Part shown: one piece after another, positions 47,107 through 62,633 of the stretch
Layout: every line of letters starts with the position of its first letter
Numbering within the stretch: the stretch's first letter is position 1
Origin: Moniliella sp. 'wahieum'
Lineage: Eukaryota
Direction of reading: 5' to 3'
Assembly: GCA_003971905.1 (NCBI GenBank)
Contig: RSEE01000050.1
Span: 372,001 to 436,000 of the forward strand
DNA length: 64,000 bases
Notes under the pieces: generated by a model
Seen by the model: the letters and a program-made list of their open reading frames with translations, nothing else
What the model was told of the DNA's origin: nothing
The model's database searches: none
Translations under genes and position numbers: made by a program

Positions 47107-48645
47107 TTACAACCGAGCCGTGTCGGGCGAATCAGGTGCCGGAGGCGCATCGTCGTGCTGGTCCTTACTCTGTGCCTTCTCTTCGTCCTTACTGGGTGAT
47201 GGCGTCTTGCCCTCGTAATCGTCGGCAAAGGCCTGAAGGATCTCCTTTTGCTTCGATGTGAGTGCCCGAGGCATCCGGACGTTGAACTGGACAAGCAGGT
47301 CGCCCTTGCGCACCTTTGATGTTGGGGTAGCGTATGGGTTCAGCACAGGAATGCCTCGGCCCTCAATGAGCAGTTGGTCCGATGGCTGAGTGCCTGGCGG
47401 AACACGAAGGTCCACCGTTCCATCCAGTGTCGGGATCTTAACCCGCCCCCCACATGGCAGTGTAAAAGGGGATCTGAGCGTTGTACAGCAAATTGCTACT
47501 TGTCGGCGCCATGTTTTTGCTCGGCTGCACCCCAATGCGGACGTACAAATTCCCCTTGGGCCCTTGCCTTCCAGCGGCGCATGACCCAGGCCGTCGAGAC
47601 GGATCTTGACGCCATCGTCAACACCGGCAGGAACTTTGACTTCTTCGGTGAGTGTCTTGCGCACTCGTCCCAAACCAGAGCAGGAGGTACAGTTATCCTT
47701 GGGGTCGTGACTTTCGCCAGACCCATGGCAGGCCGGCAGGTAGTCGCCATCTGGAACCCGTTGAGGACAAAGGTCTTGGACCCCGAGCCATTGCACTCCT
47801 TGCACTTGTTTTCTTCGCTCCCTCCTTCAAACCAGAGCCATGGCAGGTCCCGCACTCACTTAGTGCACTAACCGAAACCTTCTGGTGGTACCGCGCGCCG
47901 CTTCCTCGAACGACAATGTTATGCGGGCATCAATGTCATCACCGCCACGTTCACGGGACCTTGGCCGCCACGGGAACGACCCCCTGCACCAAAGTTCCCA
48001 AACAATGGTCAAAGATCGACTCGGCACCCCCATCCCGCCCATGTTCTGGAAACCCCAAAGCCGCCAAAGCCACCAGCGCCAGCCCCACCCATGCCTCCAT
48101 ATCCTGGAACCGGCTGATCCATCAGTGGTGCCGTATTGGTCGTACATGGAGCGTTTTTTCTCGTCAGAGGACCTGGGTACAAGGCAAATGTTGTCGTTGT
48201 CAGTGAACCCGCATGGGCAGAGGCACGAAGATTGAGAGATGGGAAAAACGTACATCGTACGCTTCCTGGATCTGCATAAACTGGTCCTTGGCCTTCGCAT
48301 CCGGGTTGGTGTCGGGATGAAGCTTCTTGGCTAGGCCATAGTATGCGGACTTGTCTCCTTGGCCGAGGCAACCTTCTGACACCGAGAGAGCGTACAGATC
48401 CTTCGCTGCGGAAGCGGAGGCGCGGACGAGGAGGTGAAGGTGCGGGCATCCATGCGGGCGGGCGCCCAAGCGCTGGCGCGCGCGGGGGAGGCAATGGGGC
48501 GGGCGGGGCGAGGGCGCAGAGGGAAGGTGGTGTGGGCGTAGGTGCGGGTGCGGGTGCCCGCCGCCGCCGCAGCGCCGGTGGCAGCGAGGTGGGCGTGCAC
48601 GGCGATGGTGCTGGCAGGGGCAGAGAGAGCAGTGGTGGGCAGCAT
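47107..48645 (-). CDS. MDJ1: Mitochondrial type I DnaJ chaperone
   Basis: Arg/Ala-rich presequence; J domain [32 protein letters not shown] region; [13 protein letters not shown] and CTSCSGLG repeats; [24 protein letters not shown]. Confidence 0.9.
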
Positions 48646-48901
48646 GCCTGGTCCAGCGGGTGGAAGAAGGAGCAAGGGGAGAGCGGCGGCAGGCACCAAG
48701 GAAGCGCTGCGATTGATTGCTGCCGAGGCGGAGCGAAAGGACAAGTCTTCGATAAATTTCGGGCCGCCACCAGCACGTGCCGGCACACTGGCGCTGTGCC
48801 GGGGGTGATCCCAGCGGCCCAAGAAAATTCCTCCGCCTTCCGCCCGGCGGCTGCCATGCTGACCCGCCCGGTTAGACAGGCGCCGTGGGCCGACACCGCC
48901 C

Positions 48902-49150
48902 AGTCACCCACCGTCACCCACCGCTCACCGGTCCCTGCTCAGCCGCTCAGCCGCAGTGCCTGGGGCTCAGCTGAGCTCAGCCTCTCAGTGGCTCACCGCT
49001 CACCGTATCCGACAATCTGACACAGCCTCGCTGAGTAACCAGTACGCAGTATGCAGTACGGGCCATCCATCAATATTCAATCACCGATCACGCGACAACA
49101 CGGACCACGGATGCTTACCACACGTCATTGATCATCGATCATCATGATCA
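48902..49150. promoter_or_regulatory. Heptamer arrays upstream of MDJ1
   Basis: tcagccgctcagccg, tcagctgagctcagcctctca, tcaccgatca, tgatcatcgatcatcatgatca. Confidence 0.5.
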
Positions 49151-49573
49151 CCTGTTACATGCTGGTAGCAAGCCGCCTTTCAGATCCCAGATAGCTCCTC
49201 CTTCTGCCAGCCCCCCTTCGCATCCTTGGGCGCCGCCTCGCTACTGCCGTTTCCTCTCAGTCATCCTCTCCACCGTCTTGACACAGGCTCAGCTGGCACA
49301 CCTTTGAGCGTGTGTCGCCGAACAAATAGCCGCGCAAGAGTCGATGCCAAGATGCGCGTTCTGAACTGCAGGCTATGGCGTCGATGATCCATGAGGAAGA
49401 AGGACAAAAAGTGGTTTCGCCGGAAAGCACAACCAAGTTCACCATAGGGCTAACCCGCCCCGCGCGCGCTTCTCTTACGCCTGGACCCACCTTAAGCAAA
49501 GGCGAGAGCATGCGCGAGGGGGGAATGGACGGCAGTCGGCTGAGGGTGGGTCTTGCGCGTAAGGCAGGCTGCC

Positions 49574-50648
<1,075 letters not shown>

Positions 50649-51357
50649 TCACGTTGAGTGGCACCACTGATGCATGATGTATGATGTATGATGCGCGGAT
50701 GCACCGATTGTACCGATCGCACTGGAAATGAATCGAGTCGACCATTGCATGAGCCGGAGGGCGCCTGGACGCCGTTGTCTCCACCGTTGGTGCGGGGGAG
50801 CGAACGAGTGTTGGTGGGGCTAGTGTGAGCCTGGACGTTCAATGTCACAAGTAGCAGGCTGTAGCAATCCCCCCTCCCAGTGAAATGGTCTTTTCCTCCC
50901 GACAGCCTACTGAAGAGACGAAGCGAATCAGCATATAACCCGCCACTAAGCAATCCTATCAAGATGCCTTGGTATCAATTAATACGAGGCTGCGAGCACG
51001 GTGGCCAGCAGGGTGGATGAGAGCGCGGAGGCGGCATCCTGGGCCGTGCCGGGTCAAGTGGAAGCTCATGGACCAGGCAGTTCCGCATAGCGGGGGCGGT
51101 AGTGGCGTAGGGGGCAGGGGGTTCTCACTCCAGGCCCCATTTCACACTTGGGTCCTTGAGGAGGGATGGGTCCAGGATCGCGAGAGCGCAGTACTCGAGC
51201 CCAAAATAGTGAGTTGCGCGAATGAAACGAGGCGCGGCATTCTCGTTACGAATGATCATAATCATTGGTCACTTGCCATCTGCCAATGATGGCTCAAGTC
51301 AGACGATGCCTGCAAACCCGGTTCCGACAAGCCCGTATGGATCCACACCTCAAGAGT

Positions 51358-52688
51358 TCAGCCACGCGCAACGCCAGATACACCATGACCACAGCGGAGG
51401 CACGTCCAGGGTGCTTCACCCGGGTCCGCCGCAGCCTGGTCCGCCGTTTCCTCTGCCAGCAAGGCGGAGGCAAGACAGTAAAATCGTATGCACACCCACA
51501 CGGCATGCTGTGCTGGGAGGGAGATAACCGATTCGGCTTCGACCTGGGCGAGACCAGGGGTGGCCAGCACCTCTCCGCTTCCCTCCTCGGTTCATCCACA
51601 TCCGCCACTGCCGCCCTGGCAAATGCGAGGGGTCAAGCGGGTTGGCAGAAAGGCCGTCGCTCAAGTGAAAGTTGGGTCGAGTATGCTCACTTGCCTCTGG
51701 TGCGATTGCAGAGCCGGTCCTCCCGCCCGTACCCAACACAATGGGCAGAGGTGAGAGTCCAGGCTTGAGCTGGGGGTAAATCTTGTGTTTCCTCGGCCGC
51801 CGGCCCACCAGCGCCCATAATCTGCTTGACTCGGGCTGTCTGGGTTTCGGAAAGGTGACGGACGCGCTTGATGATCCTTTTGGCGCGCAGGAGAGGAAGC
51901 AGAAGACAAGAAACTCGGTGAGGGCCTGCCAAACCAATTGTCGATTGAGAAATTCAAACGATACGTTTCGGGCCGCGGACCGGTGGCGTACACAAGGCGG
52001 AGATGCCCAGCACGCGGTCCGCAAGAGAGCGGTATTTCCCATTGACAAGGAATGCCGAAGATTGAGAATTGAGAAAAGAGCCCACGACTAGCAGACGCCT
52101 CGCCGTGTCACTGAGTTGCTCTGTGAGCCGAGCGAGCCGGGAAAGAGAAAGGGCATTGTCGGAGGGATAGACGTCACGCTCGGTGGCAGCCGCAGCGGCG
52201 GCGGCAAGGCGGGAGTGGAGGTAGGAGAAGGATAGCAGTAATGAGCGGGTAGGCAGCCTTCTGCACTAGACTCAAGGGAGCGTCAACAGCTGCACCCGTA
52301 AAGGAAGCGCCATGGGCACGCTCATTGCGATAACGCAGATTTTGCATTGAGGCCCCATAGTAGCAGCACGCGGGGCCCATATGGCAAGGCGACAGAGGGC
52401 AAGACGGAGAACAAGCAGCAGTTCAGGCTGCCATGCCACCGCGAGTCCTGATTGCAACGTGTCCAGAGCGGAGCGGAGGGGAGCGAGGAGCATGGTTTGC
52501 AGCTCGTCGTCGAGCAGCTCCGCGTCAAGTTGGCCAACACGGGCTACCCGCAGGGCGGGTGCATTCACCTCGCCCTGGCGCAGGGCACGGTGGATGGAGC
52601 GCACATCAGGAGCAGCCTCTCTGGCGGAGGCAGCCCAGAACGGCTCGAGAGGCGATGTGGCAGCACTGGGCGAAGGAGGTCGACGCAT
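51358..52688 (-). CDS. PEX2: Peroxisomal RING peroxin Pex2
   Basis: RVGQLDAELLDDEL, YGASMQNLRY, RNVSFEFLNRQLVWQALTEFL; C-terminal YCL...WTCLRCG. Confidence 0.92.
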
Positions 52689-52824
52689 AGCGGGCGCTGA
52701 TGGATGGAGCTTGGTTGCGGCAGAGCGGCGATTCACGCTCCAGACAGGGTAAATGGGGTTTCCCGGCTGCCTTGGCGGTGTGGGGAAACGGGGGCTTGAG
52801 GCGGAAATGCATGGGGCGGAATGC

Positions 52825-52915
52825 CATCACCGATCACCGATCACCGATGGTTCCCGCCTAAGGCCTAAAGTTAGGCCTAACGTAACGTCCAAGCTTCAAG
52901 CTTCAGCGCTTCAGC
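52825..52915. promoter_or_regulatory. Heptamer array upstream of PEX2
   Basis: tcaccgatcaccgatcaccga...cctaaggcctaaagttaggcctaa...caagcttcaagcttcagcgcttca. Confidence 0.55.
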
Positions 52916-53192
52916 AAGGGAGCTGTGGCGTTTCAACTTTGCAATTCCAGCGCGCTGCTTCCGGCACACATCGGACTGCGTGGACTGTGGAGCGGCGGGG
53001 CGGCGCCTTCGCACACGACCCCACAACACGCGGGACGTTGCACGTGAGCATCGAACAAAGCGGAGGCAACAATGCCAATACCTGGCGGGTCATCGCCATT
53101 CCTACCTCTCCTACTTGTGCTGCATCAGTTCTGCGTGTGGTACTAGACGAAGAGCTAGGAGAGGGGAGGGGAGGGAAGGGAGGTGTGGATTT

Positions 53193-56058
53193 TTAGAGGG
53201 CAGGGCTAGGAAGGGGACAGTGCTCGCTGTCCCGGGCTGGATTGAGGAACCAGTGGGGAACGGAGATGACCTTGAGGACACTGATCGTCAACAGGAAGCA
53301 GGCTAGCGCATTGATGCTCGCGCCGGCATCCAGAGCAGCACTGAGGACATAGTTGTACCGCTCAAACCATTGCGGGTGGCGCTTGCGGGCCCATTGTTGC
53401 GACAACCAAGCGACAATGAACCTGTCGTGATGATCTGAATAAGACATGATAGGTGGGCAGGTCAGTAGGAGAACCGCACACACACACCAACAAGGGCTGG
53501 ACGTACATTGGTGGGCACTTGGGGTGGCGTACCCGCGCCATGAATGAGGATGGGGAAGGCGATGTGTTTGAGCCACTGGGTTCCGTAGCGCTTGTGGAGC
53601 ACCCAAGGGATCAAAGGCAGCACAGCCCCCAAGAGGAAGCCCCAGTACAAGATGTGGTATTTTCCAGCGAAAAACTCGGCAGGGCCCACCACTCCCCAGA
53701 TGATCGAGGCACTATAAAAAATGTGGAGTTTGCGGCCGGTCCACTGGCCTGTAGGGTCCTCCTCGGTACCGTCAAGGAATTGACGGTAGCTGTTCGAGGG
53801 TGAAAGGACAATCCGCAACACGATCAAGTTCACCACACACCCAACCACCGTGCCCCACAACTGGACAATGGCCATACTGAACGATCGCAGTCCAAAGTCA
53901 GAGTGGATGCATGGGAGGTAATAGCGGTAGAGGAAGGACGTACCTTTTGGGTGGAACCTTCATGTAATGCGCCAGCTTGAGATCGGCAAGAAGGTCTTGC
54001 GCCTGGGACATGCTCATATAGCCGTAGCACTTGATGAGCACATTGGCGATTGGCTTACCGGAAAACGTAGCCAGCAACAAACTCATAATCACGTTTAGCC
54101 CAATCCCGGTATTGCTCACCGCCTTGAGCACTCCCACGGGTACGACGAAGATGGCACCAATTGCGATGGCAAGAAACAGGCCCCAGAGGGGCAACTGCAG
54201 TTCAGGGTGGGTCCAAATCAGCCAAATCGAGCCGGTCAAAGAAGCGCCCAAAGTCCACATGTACCACGAATGGGGCACATCATCGTATGCGCGCATCAGC
54301 CGGTTGTGCACATCCTCTGTCGGAGGGTAGAAAATGGCACGGCGAATATCGTCCCAATGCCAGAGGGCGACGTGGGTGAGCATCGAGGTTAGCACAGCAA
54401 AGCTCAAACCGTAGGTCATGGCGAAAAAGGGTGTTAAAAGCAACGGCCGTTTTGCTCCCAGGCAGCCCGGTCCAAGGTTTTGTCGTGCGGCACAAGGACA
54501 CTTTCCACGTCAAAGGGTAGGTACGACGCATTGTACAGCTGCGAGCCAATAGCAGAGGGAAACGATTTCGCATCCCAAAATTGCTGAAGTACAGAAGGGG
54601 GGCGATGATATACATCATGCCTGCGATTCCCACGAAAAAGTTGACATTGGCTGGAGGAAAACAGAGAGGTAAGTATGATTAATCAAGAGAGACACAAAGA
54701 GGAGTACACATACCCCACTATGCAAGAAGAAGATTACATTGGGAACAGCACAAATCAAGAGATACGGTCAGAGAAGAAAGGCAAGCTAGAACGGAGAACG
54801 CACCCAAGGTGTGAAGAGTGGTCCACTGTCGCCAATGGCGTTCCAGTCAAAGCTCAAGTCGAGGAAACCGAAACCTTTGTACCCGCTAGACAAACGCGGA
54901 GTGTGCTGCTCCTATTGTTGAAAAGACAGAGGAGAGCGATGCTGGACAGAGTCGGTGCCAACAGTGAAGGAAGGAACTGGTAGACAAAGATGGCGATAAA
55001 CACAGCATTGAACACACGCAAGCGGGCTTGAGTAAGCCACCCATGGCGGTCGCCGTGCAGGGTGTAAAACAAGGAGCAGGTGACAAGGTTTCCAGGGTAG
55101 ATCATCGCGACAGGCCGAACAAGAATGTCGTGGACCATGCCGGCGAAGCCAAAGCCCAGAGTCTGGGTTGTTATGAGTAGGATCGAGGCGGCTGTGTTGG
55201 AGAGTTTTTGGTGGAAGAAGAGATCTTGGATGTTGATGATGTCAGATGCGTATGCCGATGATGCCCTGAAGAGGCCAAGACAGCGATCAACAGATGTTCT
55301 CTGTTCATCAACAAGGTCAGAATGCAAAGGTCAGCCGGCAAAAGCCCATATAAGAGGCAGCTCGATGTAGGCACAGGGAGACGAACTTGACATTGAATGG
55401 ACCCGGATTGAGCTCAAACGAGCCCAAGAAGGGTACATGGATGCTGAGGCGGGGCAGAGCGCGAGCCATCCACTGGCCCAAGGGCAGGGAAGCGAGGATG
55501 ACAAAGTAAGGTGAAAAAGAAGGGCTGTGGAACGGGGGAGAGGGCCGGCAGGGGGTCAGGACTAGGTCGACGCATAAGAGCAAGAAAAACGAACGAGTTA
55601 CTGCGATAAAAGAAGAGCTATCATATATCAAGCAAGACTTGTAATTCGTATCCAAACTGAGCTGGCTGAGGGAAGGAATAACGTACCTGGCTAACGGCGG
55701 CGCCGGTGATGCAGAAAGCCGTGCCAATCAACATCACTCGGAACGTAAGTGCAGGAAGACTGGGGTCGTCCGTCTCGGGCACAGCTTGTGCAATTAGGCG
55801 CATCGGGTCATCCTCATCATCTTCGTCGATTGTGACGCCGGGCTGCTCGAGATCCACGTCATGCGGGCGGGACCCGCTGGGGAGGAGGTGCTGGAGCTGA
55901 ATCGCGTCGGACGGCTCGGTGAGATCATCGTTATCGGCATCGTCGAGGTCGTCGGCGTCGACAGCATACGCGTATTCGTCTTGGTACATGTCATTACTGG
56001 CGCTGCCGGGACGCTTGCCGGGCGGGAGGGGGGATTTCTGGCCGGACCGGCTGGCCAT
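53193..56058 (-). CDS. OPT family oligopeptide transporter
   Basis: VPETDDPSLPALTFR, LNPGPFNVK, TTQTLGFGFAG, DVHNRLMRAYDDVPHSWY, DLKLAHYMKVPP, YSASIIWGVVGP, YNYVLSAALDAG. Multiple introns. Confidence 0.95.
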
Positions 56059-57499
56059 GGTGCTGGGCAAGGAGGCGAAGCGCTGATGCAGCACCTCGGA
56101 CACGGGCGCAGACGCAGACGTGAGAGCAGACACAGCCACGTGGCGGGGGGAGGAGGCGTCGGGGCCATGAAAGCCAGAGCGGAGGAGGCGAGGCTGGATG
56201 CTGGCTGAGGCGGAGCAGTGCGGAGCTGGCCGGACAGACGGCCGGCTGACTGCTCGCTGCGGCGACGAGCAGCCGCTGGCTTCGACCGGTGCAGCCCGCA
56301 TAACCCTCACCCATGCCCGTCCACGTGGAGCCCAGGTGGCCTCTGCCGCTGCACCCGCCAGGGCACGTGACGTCACCCGTCACGCTCTTCCCGAGTACTC
56401 CGTCTACTGAGTTTTATTGTGCAGCCGCCAAGGGAACATTGAAATTGTGCCCCAGCGATGCCACCTACCACAAACCGCTTGACAGGCAGAATTGCGGCCC
56501 CACTGGTCTCGATACTTAGAGACGACTCTCTTGTAAGTACTGAGTGCACTGTCTCCTGTCCAGCATGCCTCACCTCTTGGATCTTAGCCCCGCCAACGAA
56601 TGATCCTTCCTCTCGTTCGCAATTGACTGCTTTCGTTGATGGCTTTGAGGCGCCGTGGAAAATGCTGAAGTGCTGAGTCATGTAGACTCTCGGATCAGAT
56701 CGATCAGATGCAGATCTCGACACGTGCTACTTAGTGAGAAAGCAGAGGAGCACGAGGAATGCGCGACCCTGATAGGCGCGACGTTTCTTTGTGCCTACTG
56801 TCTACTAGTCAGTTGCTAGATAAATCCAGTTAACTACCAGTTGAAATCGCTCTCCTCCGTTTTTCTGTCGAATGTTGATCGTCAGAAAAAGGGAGTTGCT
56901 CCCCTTCGTCGGAAACTCATTGTCTTCCTGACAGGTACCATCATAATTCTGAAGAACTGTCAGGAGTTGGCATATTCACCTCACCGCGGCCAATGGCATG
57001 TGTAAAAGATAAGGCAGATGCATGACGGAGGGAGCTAGACAAGAGAGTGTGGATACAGTGGGTGAAATGGTGAAAAAACGCAGATCAGACACGTAGAGGG
57101 ATAATCGATAATCGATGACATGTGAAACGAGGGTTCCACCCCAGACGCGGAACCGTCGACTGGGCAACCGGGAGAGAAGCCAAAAGGGAGGGTGTGGGTC
57201 CGGTCGAACTGTCATCGGGACCTTTTGGTGAAGTAGGATTCATATGGTGCGAAAGGAGAATGCCTACCCCCAAAAAGCCCAAACAAGTCCGACCGGATTA
57301 ACAGACTGAACGTAATACGTCGATGAAGCAAGCAGGTGCAGCAGGGCTCTTATTGACGCCCATTTCCCACTGTGGCTCCCCGGCGATTCTTGTGGCCGCG
57401 GGTAGGGAGATGAGACTGGGCGCGACCGAAGAAGAGCTTGGAGGATTTCGGATGCAGCTCTGGTCTTGAATATGACCATCGCTCGGAAGCCAGATGTGG

Positions 57500-58478
57500 T
57501 CATTACGTTCCCACAGGGCTGCTGCCTCGGCGTCAGTGCCGACGGCAGGCAGAAGCGAACGTTTGCTCGTCTCATTCCCAACGGAACCTTGCGGGGAGGT
57601 GGAGTTCGAATGTTGGGAAAGGGGATGCCAACCCCCAAGCCCACAGCCAGTCCAACAATCAGGAAGATAACGACGAAAATGCAAATGCGCATGGTGCGAA
57701 TGGCGTTTTGGTGAGAACGCACGTACTTCTCACTCTGTTCCGTAAGTGGATCGGACTTGTCCTGGGCATGATGTTGCGCCAAGGAAAATCGTTTCCAAAA
57801 CGCAGCACCAGATCCTTGTACGTCCCATTCAGCCCCGTCCCCGTTGAATCCCCAGAAGGCTTCTCCGGCTTGAGCTTGACGAAATTGCTTCTCAGTGCTG
57901 AGATTGGGACTATCGCCCATGCCCGGAGCGATGCGGACCGGCCCGGGAGTGATTGGCTGGCCTACAAGCGAGCCATGGTCCTGCGCAGCGTCGAGGGTTT
58001 ACGCTGCATATTGCTAGCACCCATATACGACTGGAGCGAACCTTGACTAGGCTGCGCATGGTGGCGAGAGGAGAAAGCGTGTAAGCTGCGTCGGAGAAGG
58101 GAGGCTTACGAGCCGGCCGTTGCGCCGGTGCCTGTGCCTGGGCAGGCAACCCATGTCCCATTTCATGCTGAGGGCTGGACTGAAATTGCTGGGCGTAAGC
58201 CGAAGGAGACACCACCCCAGCCCGTCCAACGGCAGCCGACGGCATAGCCACCCCCCCGGGCACGCGTCCTCCTGCCCCACTAAACCCGGCTGGGCTGGGT
58301 GGTTGCACTCCGGGCGGCCTGGAGCGCAGGGTGACTCGCCTGGCGTGCCACAGCAAAGGCATAGGTTCCACGAATGCGTCTTTAGAAGTGATGGAAGACT
58401 CGGAGCTGGAAGAGTAAAGATTGAGGTTTTCCAGCAGCTCCCCTGGCGGTCGCGGTGGTGCGCATGGGCGCAGACATG
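57500..58478 (-). CDS. Hypothetical protein with C-terminal transmembrane helix (ends approximate)
   Basis: Frameshifted ORFs 57910-58686 and 57264-57920; WDVQGSGAAFWKRFS followed by TM ICIFVVIFLIVGLAVGLGVGI. Confidence 0.6.
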
Positions 58479-58785
58479 GTAAAGAGCGTGGTGGGTGTGG
58501 AAAGAGAGGGGAAGGGGGGGGGGCTGGGAGAAGAAAGAAAGAAAACAAGAAAGAAAGGAAAGGTGGTGGTGAAGCTTGAAGGAGAAGAAGGTGTTCTCGA
58601 AGCTGAAGTGATCTGCAGACGGTAGTTGAAGCTGCCCTGTACGCGGGCTCACACTGCCGCCCTCGACGCAACTGAGGACCACGCATACAGGCGAACGGCC
58701 AGTACAGGGCCTGCGCTTCTCTCCAGTGTACTGCAATTCCCTCAGCGTATTACAATTCCCTCGACATGTGATCGAGGGGGGGGTA

Positions 58786-59515
58786 GATGATCGATGATCG
58801 ATGATGCAGATGATGGACAATCTGCGATCTTCAGGTCCAGCGCCCAGCCTTGAGCCAGCATCCGCGACAGACCAGCACCAGGCCACAGACTGACAACCGG
58901 CGACTGAGCTCAGCAGCATCGCACAGGGCGAGTGACCCCGGCCCACAGCAGCCTTCCGCCAAGACGGTCCTCTCTGCCGCCGTGCGGATTGCAACCGCAC
59001 ACGGCCAAACGCTAGCCGCATGCGGCAAATTAGGCGCGGGGACAGTGTTGGCTGGAACACAGATCGACGTAGCAGGCTTTCATGCTTGCAGCTCCCGGCG
59101 GCAGTCATGCACTCAGCAAGGATGTCGACGGCACCATCATCGATCGCTGATCATCGAACGGTCATCGAGGTCATCGCCCGCACTACCACGCAGTGCCGGG
59201 CCGTGCCTTCAGAGCTTCAGCGCTCCAACGCAACGGAATTTAATGTTCACTTTCAATCACCCACTCCATCACCTTACCAGTCCTTAGGCCTTAGGCCTTG
59301 GGCCTTATAACCGGTCGTGTGCACCACCGGCCGTTCAATCAATGATTCGGGATTCAATTTGAATTTACTTGCTGGCAGTCACTAGCTAGTCACTAGCCAT
59401 GTAGACAGCTTCTTTCGGCAAGTGGGGTCGGCATGTCGCTAGTCACTACTAGTCAACCCAGTCAACACCACACGCCTTCATCGACTTCATCAGCGATGAT
59501 CGATCGATGACCGAT
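58786..59515. promoter_or_regulatory. Cluster of heptamer arrays upstream of the TM-protein gene
   Basis: tgatcgatgatcgatgatgca (58787-58807); tcatcgatcg (~59138); ccttaggccttaggcctt (59282-59299); tcactagctagtcactag (~59379); tgatcgatcgatgaccgatg (~59497). Confidence 0.5.
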
Positions 59516-59949
59516 GTTACTGCTCTAGTATAGTTAGTAGTTGCTTTGTCATTATATGCATAACCCCTCTCAGATCTCACACCTTCCACTCGTTCAGCAC
59601 CACTACACATACCACAACTTATGTGTGAGAGCGCTTACCAATAATCTATAGTCGATCCAATGGTGAAGTCCCCGTTCGCTCGTGCGGTAGGTGAGGAAAG
59701 CGGAGACGGAGGATGCTGCCATTTAAGTGCCGGCGCGTTGGTTCTCGATGACGAATGTAACAGCTGTATTTGGTAGGCATGCGCTTTTGACGGATCAAGA
59801 AAAATGATCGGGCTAGCAAGTACTACATTACCCTCTTCATGCTGTGTACGCTGATGATGACCTCCGTCACAATGGGACCGTGATAGATATTGTGGGCATG
59901 AGAGACTACCCGACCAGGCGCTCAAGTACTGGCCAATGATGCGGCCTAA

Positions 59950-60649
<700 letters not shown>

Positions 60650-61040
60650 GGCGAAGATGCTGGCAATGGTGATGGTGATGGTGGTATGTGGTGAGACGCA
60701 ACATGAAAAGCTGGCGCAAGGCCGGCAACTTGGACACCCACTCAAAGACAAAGGATGGAGACGTAGTACATTTCCAGTTGCGCCACATGGGCTGTCCCAC
60801 ACTGCCCCCACGCTGGCCACCGTCCCCGCGCAACGGCCTGAGGCGCTTCGGCTGAATTGGCCCATGGAGCTAGGAGGGGCAAATTGCAATGTTCAAATGC
60901 GCGCGCGCATGGACTGGATTAGGTCATCCGCCAAAAATCGAAAATCAAAATCAAATCAAATTCAACCTCAACCACGCCCGCCCATTCTCGACGCGTCCAT
61001 TAACTCCACCTGCACCACCACTGCCCCCCGCCAGCACGTG

Positions 61041-61812
61041 ATGCCCGACACGCAATCGCCTGGCCTGCGCGCCGCGCGTCGCCGCACCCGCCGCACCCAA
61101 CAGCCGCGCCGCCAAGAGGCGCCCGTGCAGCCCCCCGAGCAGGCCGAGGCACACATGGGCCTCGGCCTTGCCATGGACGACAGCCACACCGAGCTGTCGC
61201 TCGACGAGCTGGATCGCCACACGCCGCGCGAGGTGGCCGGCATGCGGTTCCGGCGCACGCATGACCTGTTGGCGCTCGTGCTTGATGCACGCCGGGTCGG
61301 TGATCTCCGGCCGCGCCCCAGCCCCTACGCCCTCTTCAACCGCAAAGCCATCCAGGCCCATGCCCACGGCATGCGCCACAAGACCCAGCAGGAAGCCGAA
61401 GCCCATCGTGTGCGCATGCAGCGCTTGGAGAAGGCGTTTGCTCCCTTCGCACCGCAGCCTGCGCACACCTCCCCCAGCTCCAGTGCGCCCGCATTCCTGG
61501 GCACCAACATTATTCGTGCCCCTACGCCCGAGTGGGCCCGTCCGGCCCCCGTGCCCCAGCCCAGTGTCCCCGACCCCCCCGTCATGGGGTCGGACCCGCC
61601 CCCGCCCGTGCCACAACCAAGTGCAGAGCCCGTGCCGAATGGGACAGTGGACACTCCCAGGAGGCAGCCCCGCTTCCCCTGCCCAAGAACAACCGCAAGA
61701 GGGTGTGCAGGAGCCGCCTACGTCTGAGCCCCAGCCCCCGCCGCGGCTGCTGCTGCTGCCGCCGCAGCTCCCCCTGCCGATGACCAAGAAGCACAATCCA
61801 CTACAGACGTAG
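61041..61812 (+). CDS. Protein with Ssr4 C-terminal-like motif and Pro-rich tail
   Basis: DELDRHTPREVAGMRFRRTHDLLALVL resembles the SWI/SNF-RSC subunit Ssr4 C-terminal motif (D.LD..TPR.I...RY...H..M..I). Confidence 0.5.
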
Positions 61813-62064
61813 CAACTAGTAATTAGGATATGATTCAAGGCGTGGTTCGGGTCGAGCCATGATAGCCGACTGAGGATGTGGGGGCTAAGTGGGTTTTATG
61901 CGTTTTACCGGCCAACGGCAGCTCTGACGAGTTGCTGGTGTGTATAAGACTCTCCTCGGTTCTGAGGCGATGGAGGCGCACAGACCCCGCCGCGGGAAGA
62001 CAAGCGTGTTTCCATCCCATATGGACACTTGATGAGATCTGGAGTGCTGATGGTCCTCGAGGGT

Positions 62065-62252
62065 GATGCAATCGCACTGGCAGTGGTGGTGGTCTAAGCC
62101 AACCAGCAACGCCTACAGCAAGCAGCGAGTCGCCACCAGGGGCTAAGCTGCGGAACAAGGAAAAACAGGAGAGAGAAAACAACGGAACTCCCAGGCCTGA
62201 GAAGGAACTGAAGGGACATTGGCCAAAGCACGAGCCACCCGATGGCTCAACA
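62065..62252 (+). repeat. Repeat family B copy 2
   Basis: Direct repeat of 30763-30969. Confidence 0.88.
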
Positions 62253-62633
62253 ACACTGCCTTAGATTGCCAGGCACGACCATGACCTTCTACAGCAAAGC
62301 TAGTGGCAAGGAATAGCAATGGGAAACCCACTCAGAAATCACGGTGATGGCTAATGAGTTCTTCGACCGTGATGGGCGTAGCTAACTGTACTGGCTGGAG
62401 GTGCAAAGCGGGAATGACAACCCTCCCAGAACGGTGGCCAGCATCAACCTGAGGATGCCTCCGTGCTTTATTGCCAGTGGAGCCAGCTTATCTTTATCTG
62501 TGTTTACAAAGGGTTTGGACCCACGTTAGGCCGGATGTGGTAGAACGTGCGTATTCATCATTCAGAAAGAAAATGTCGGAGGGATGTTGGCCATAGTGGC
62601 CATGATCCTTTATCAAAGGGGAAAAGGGTATCA

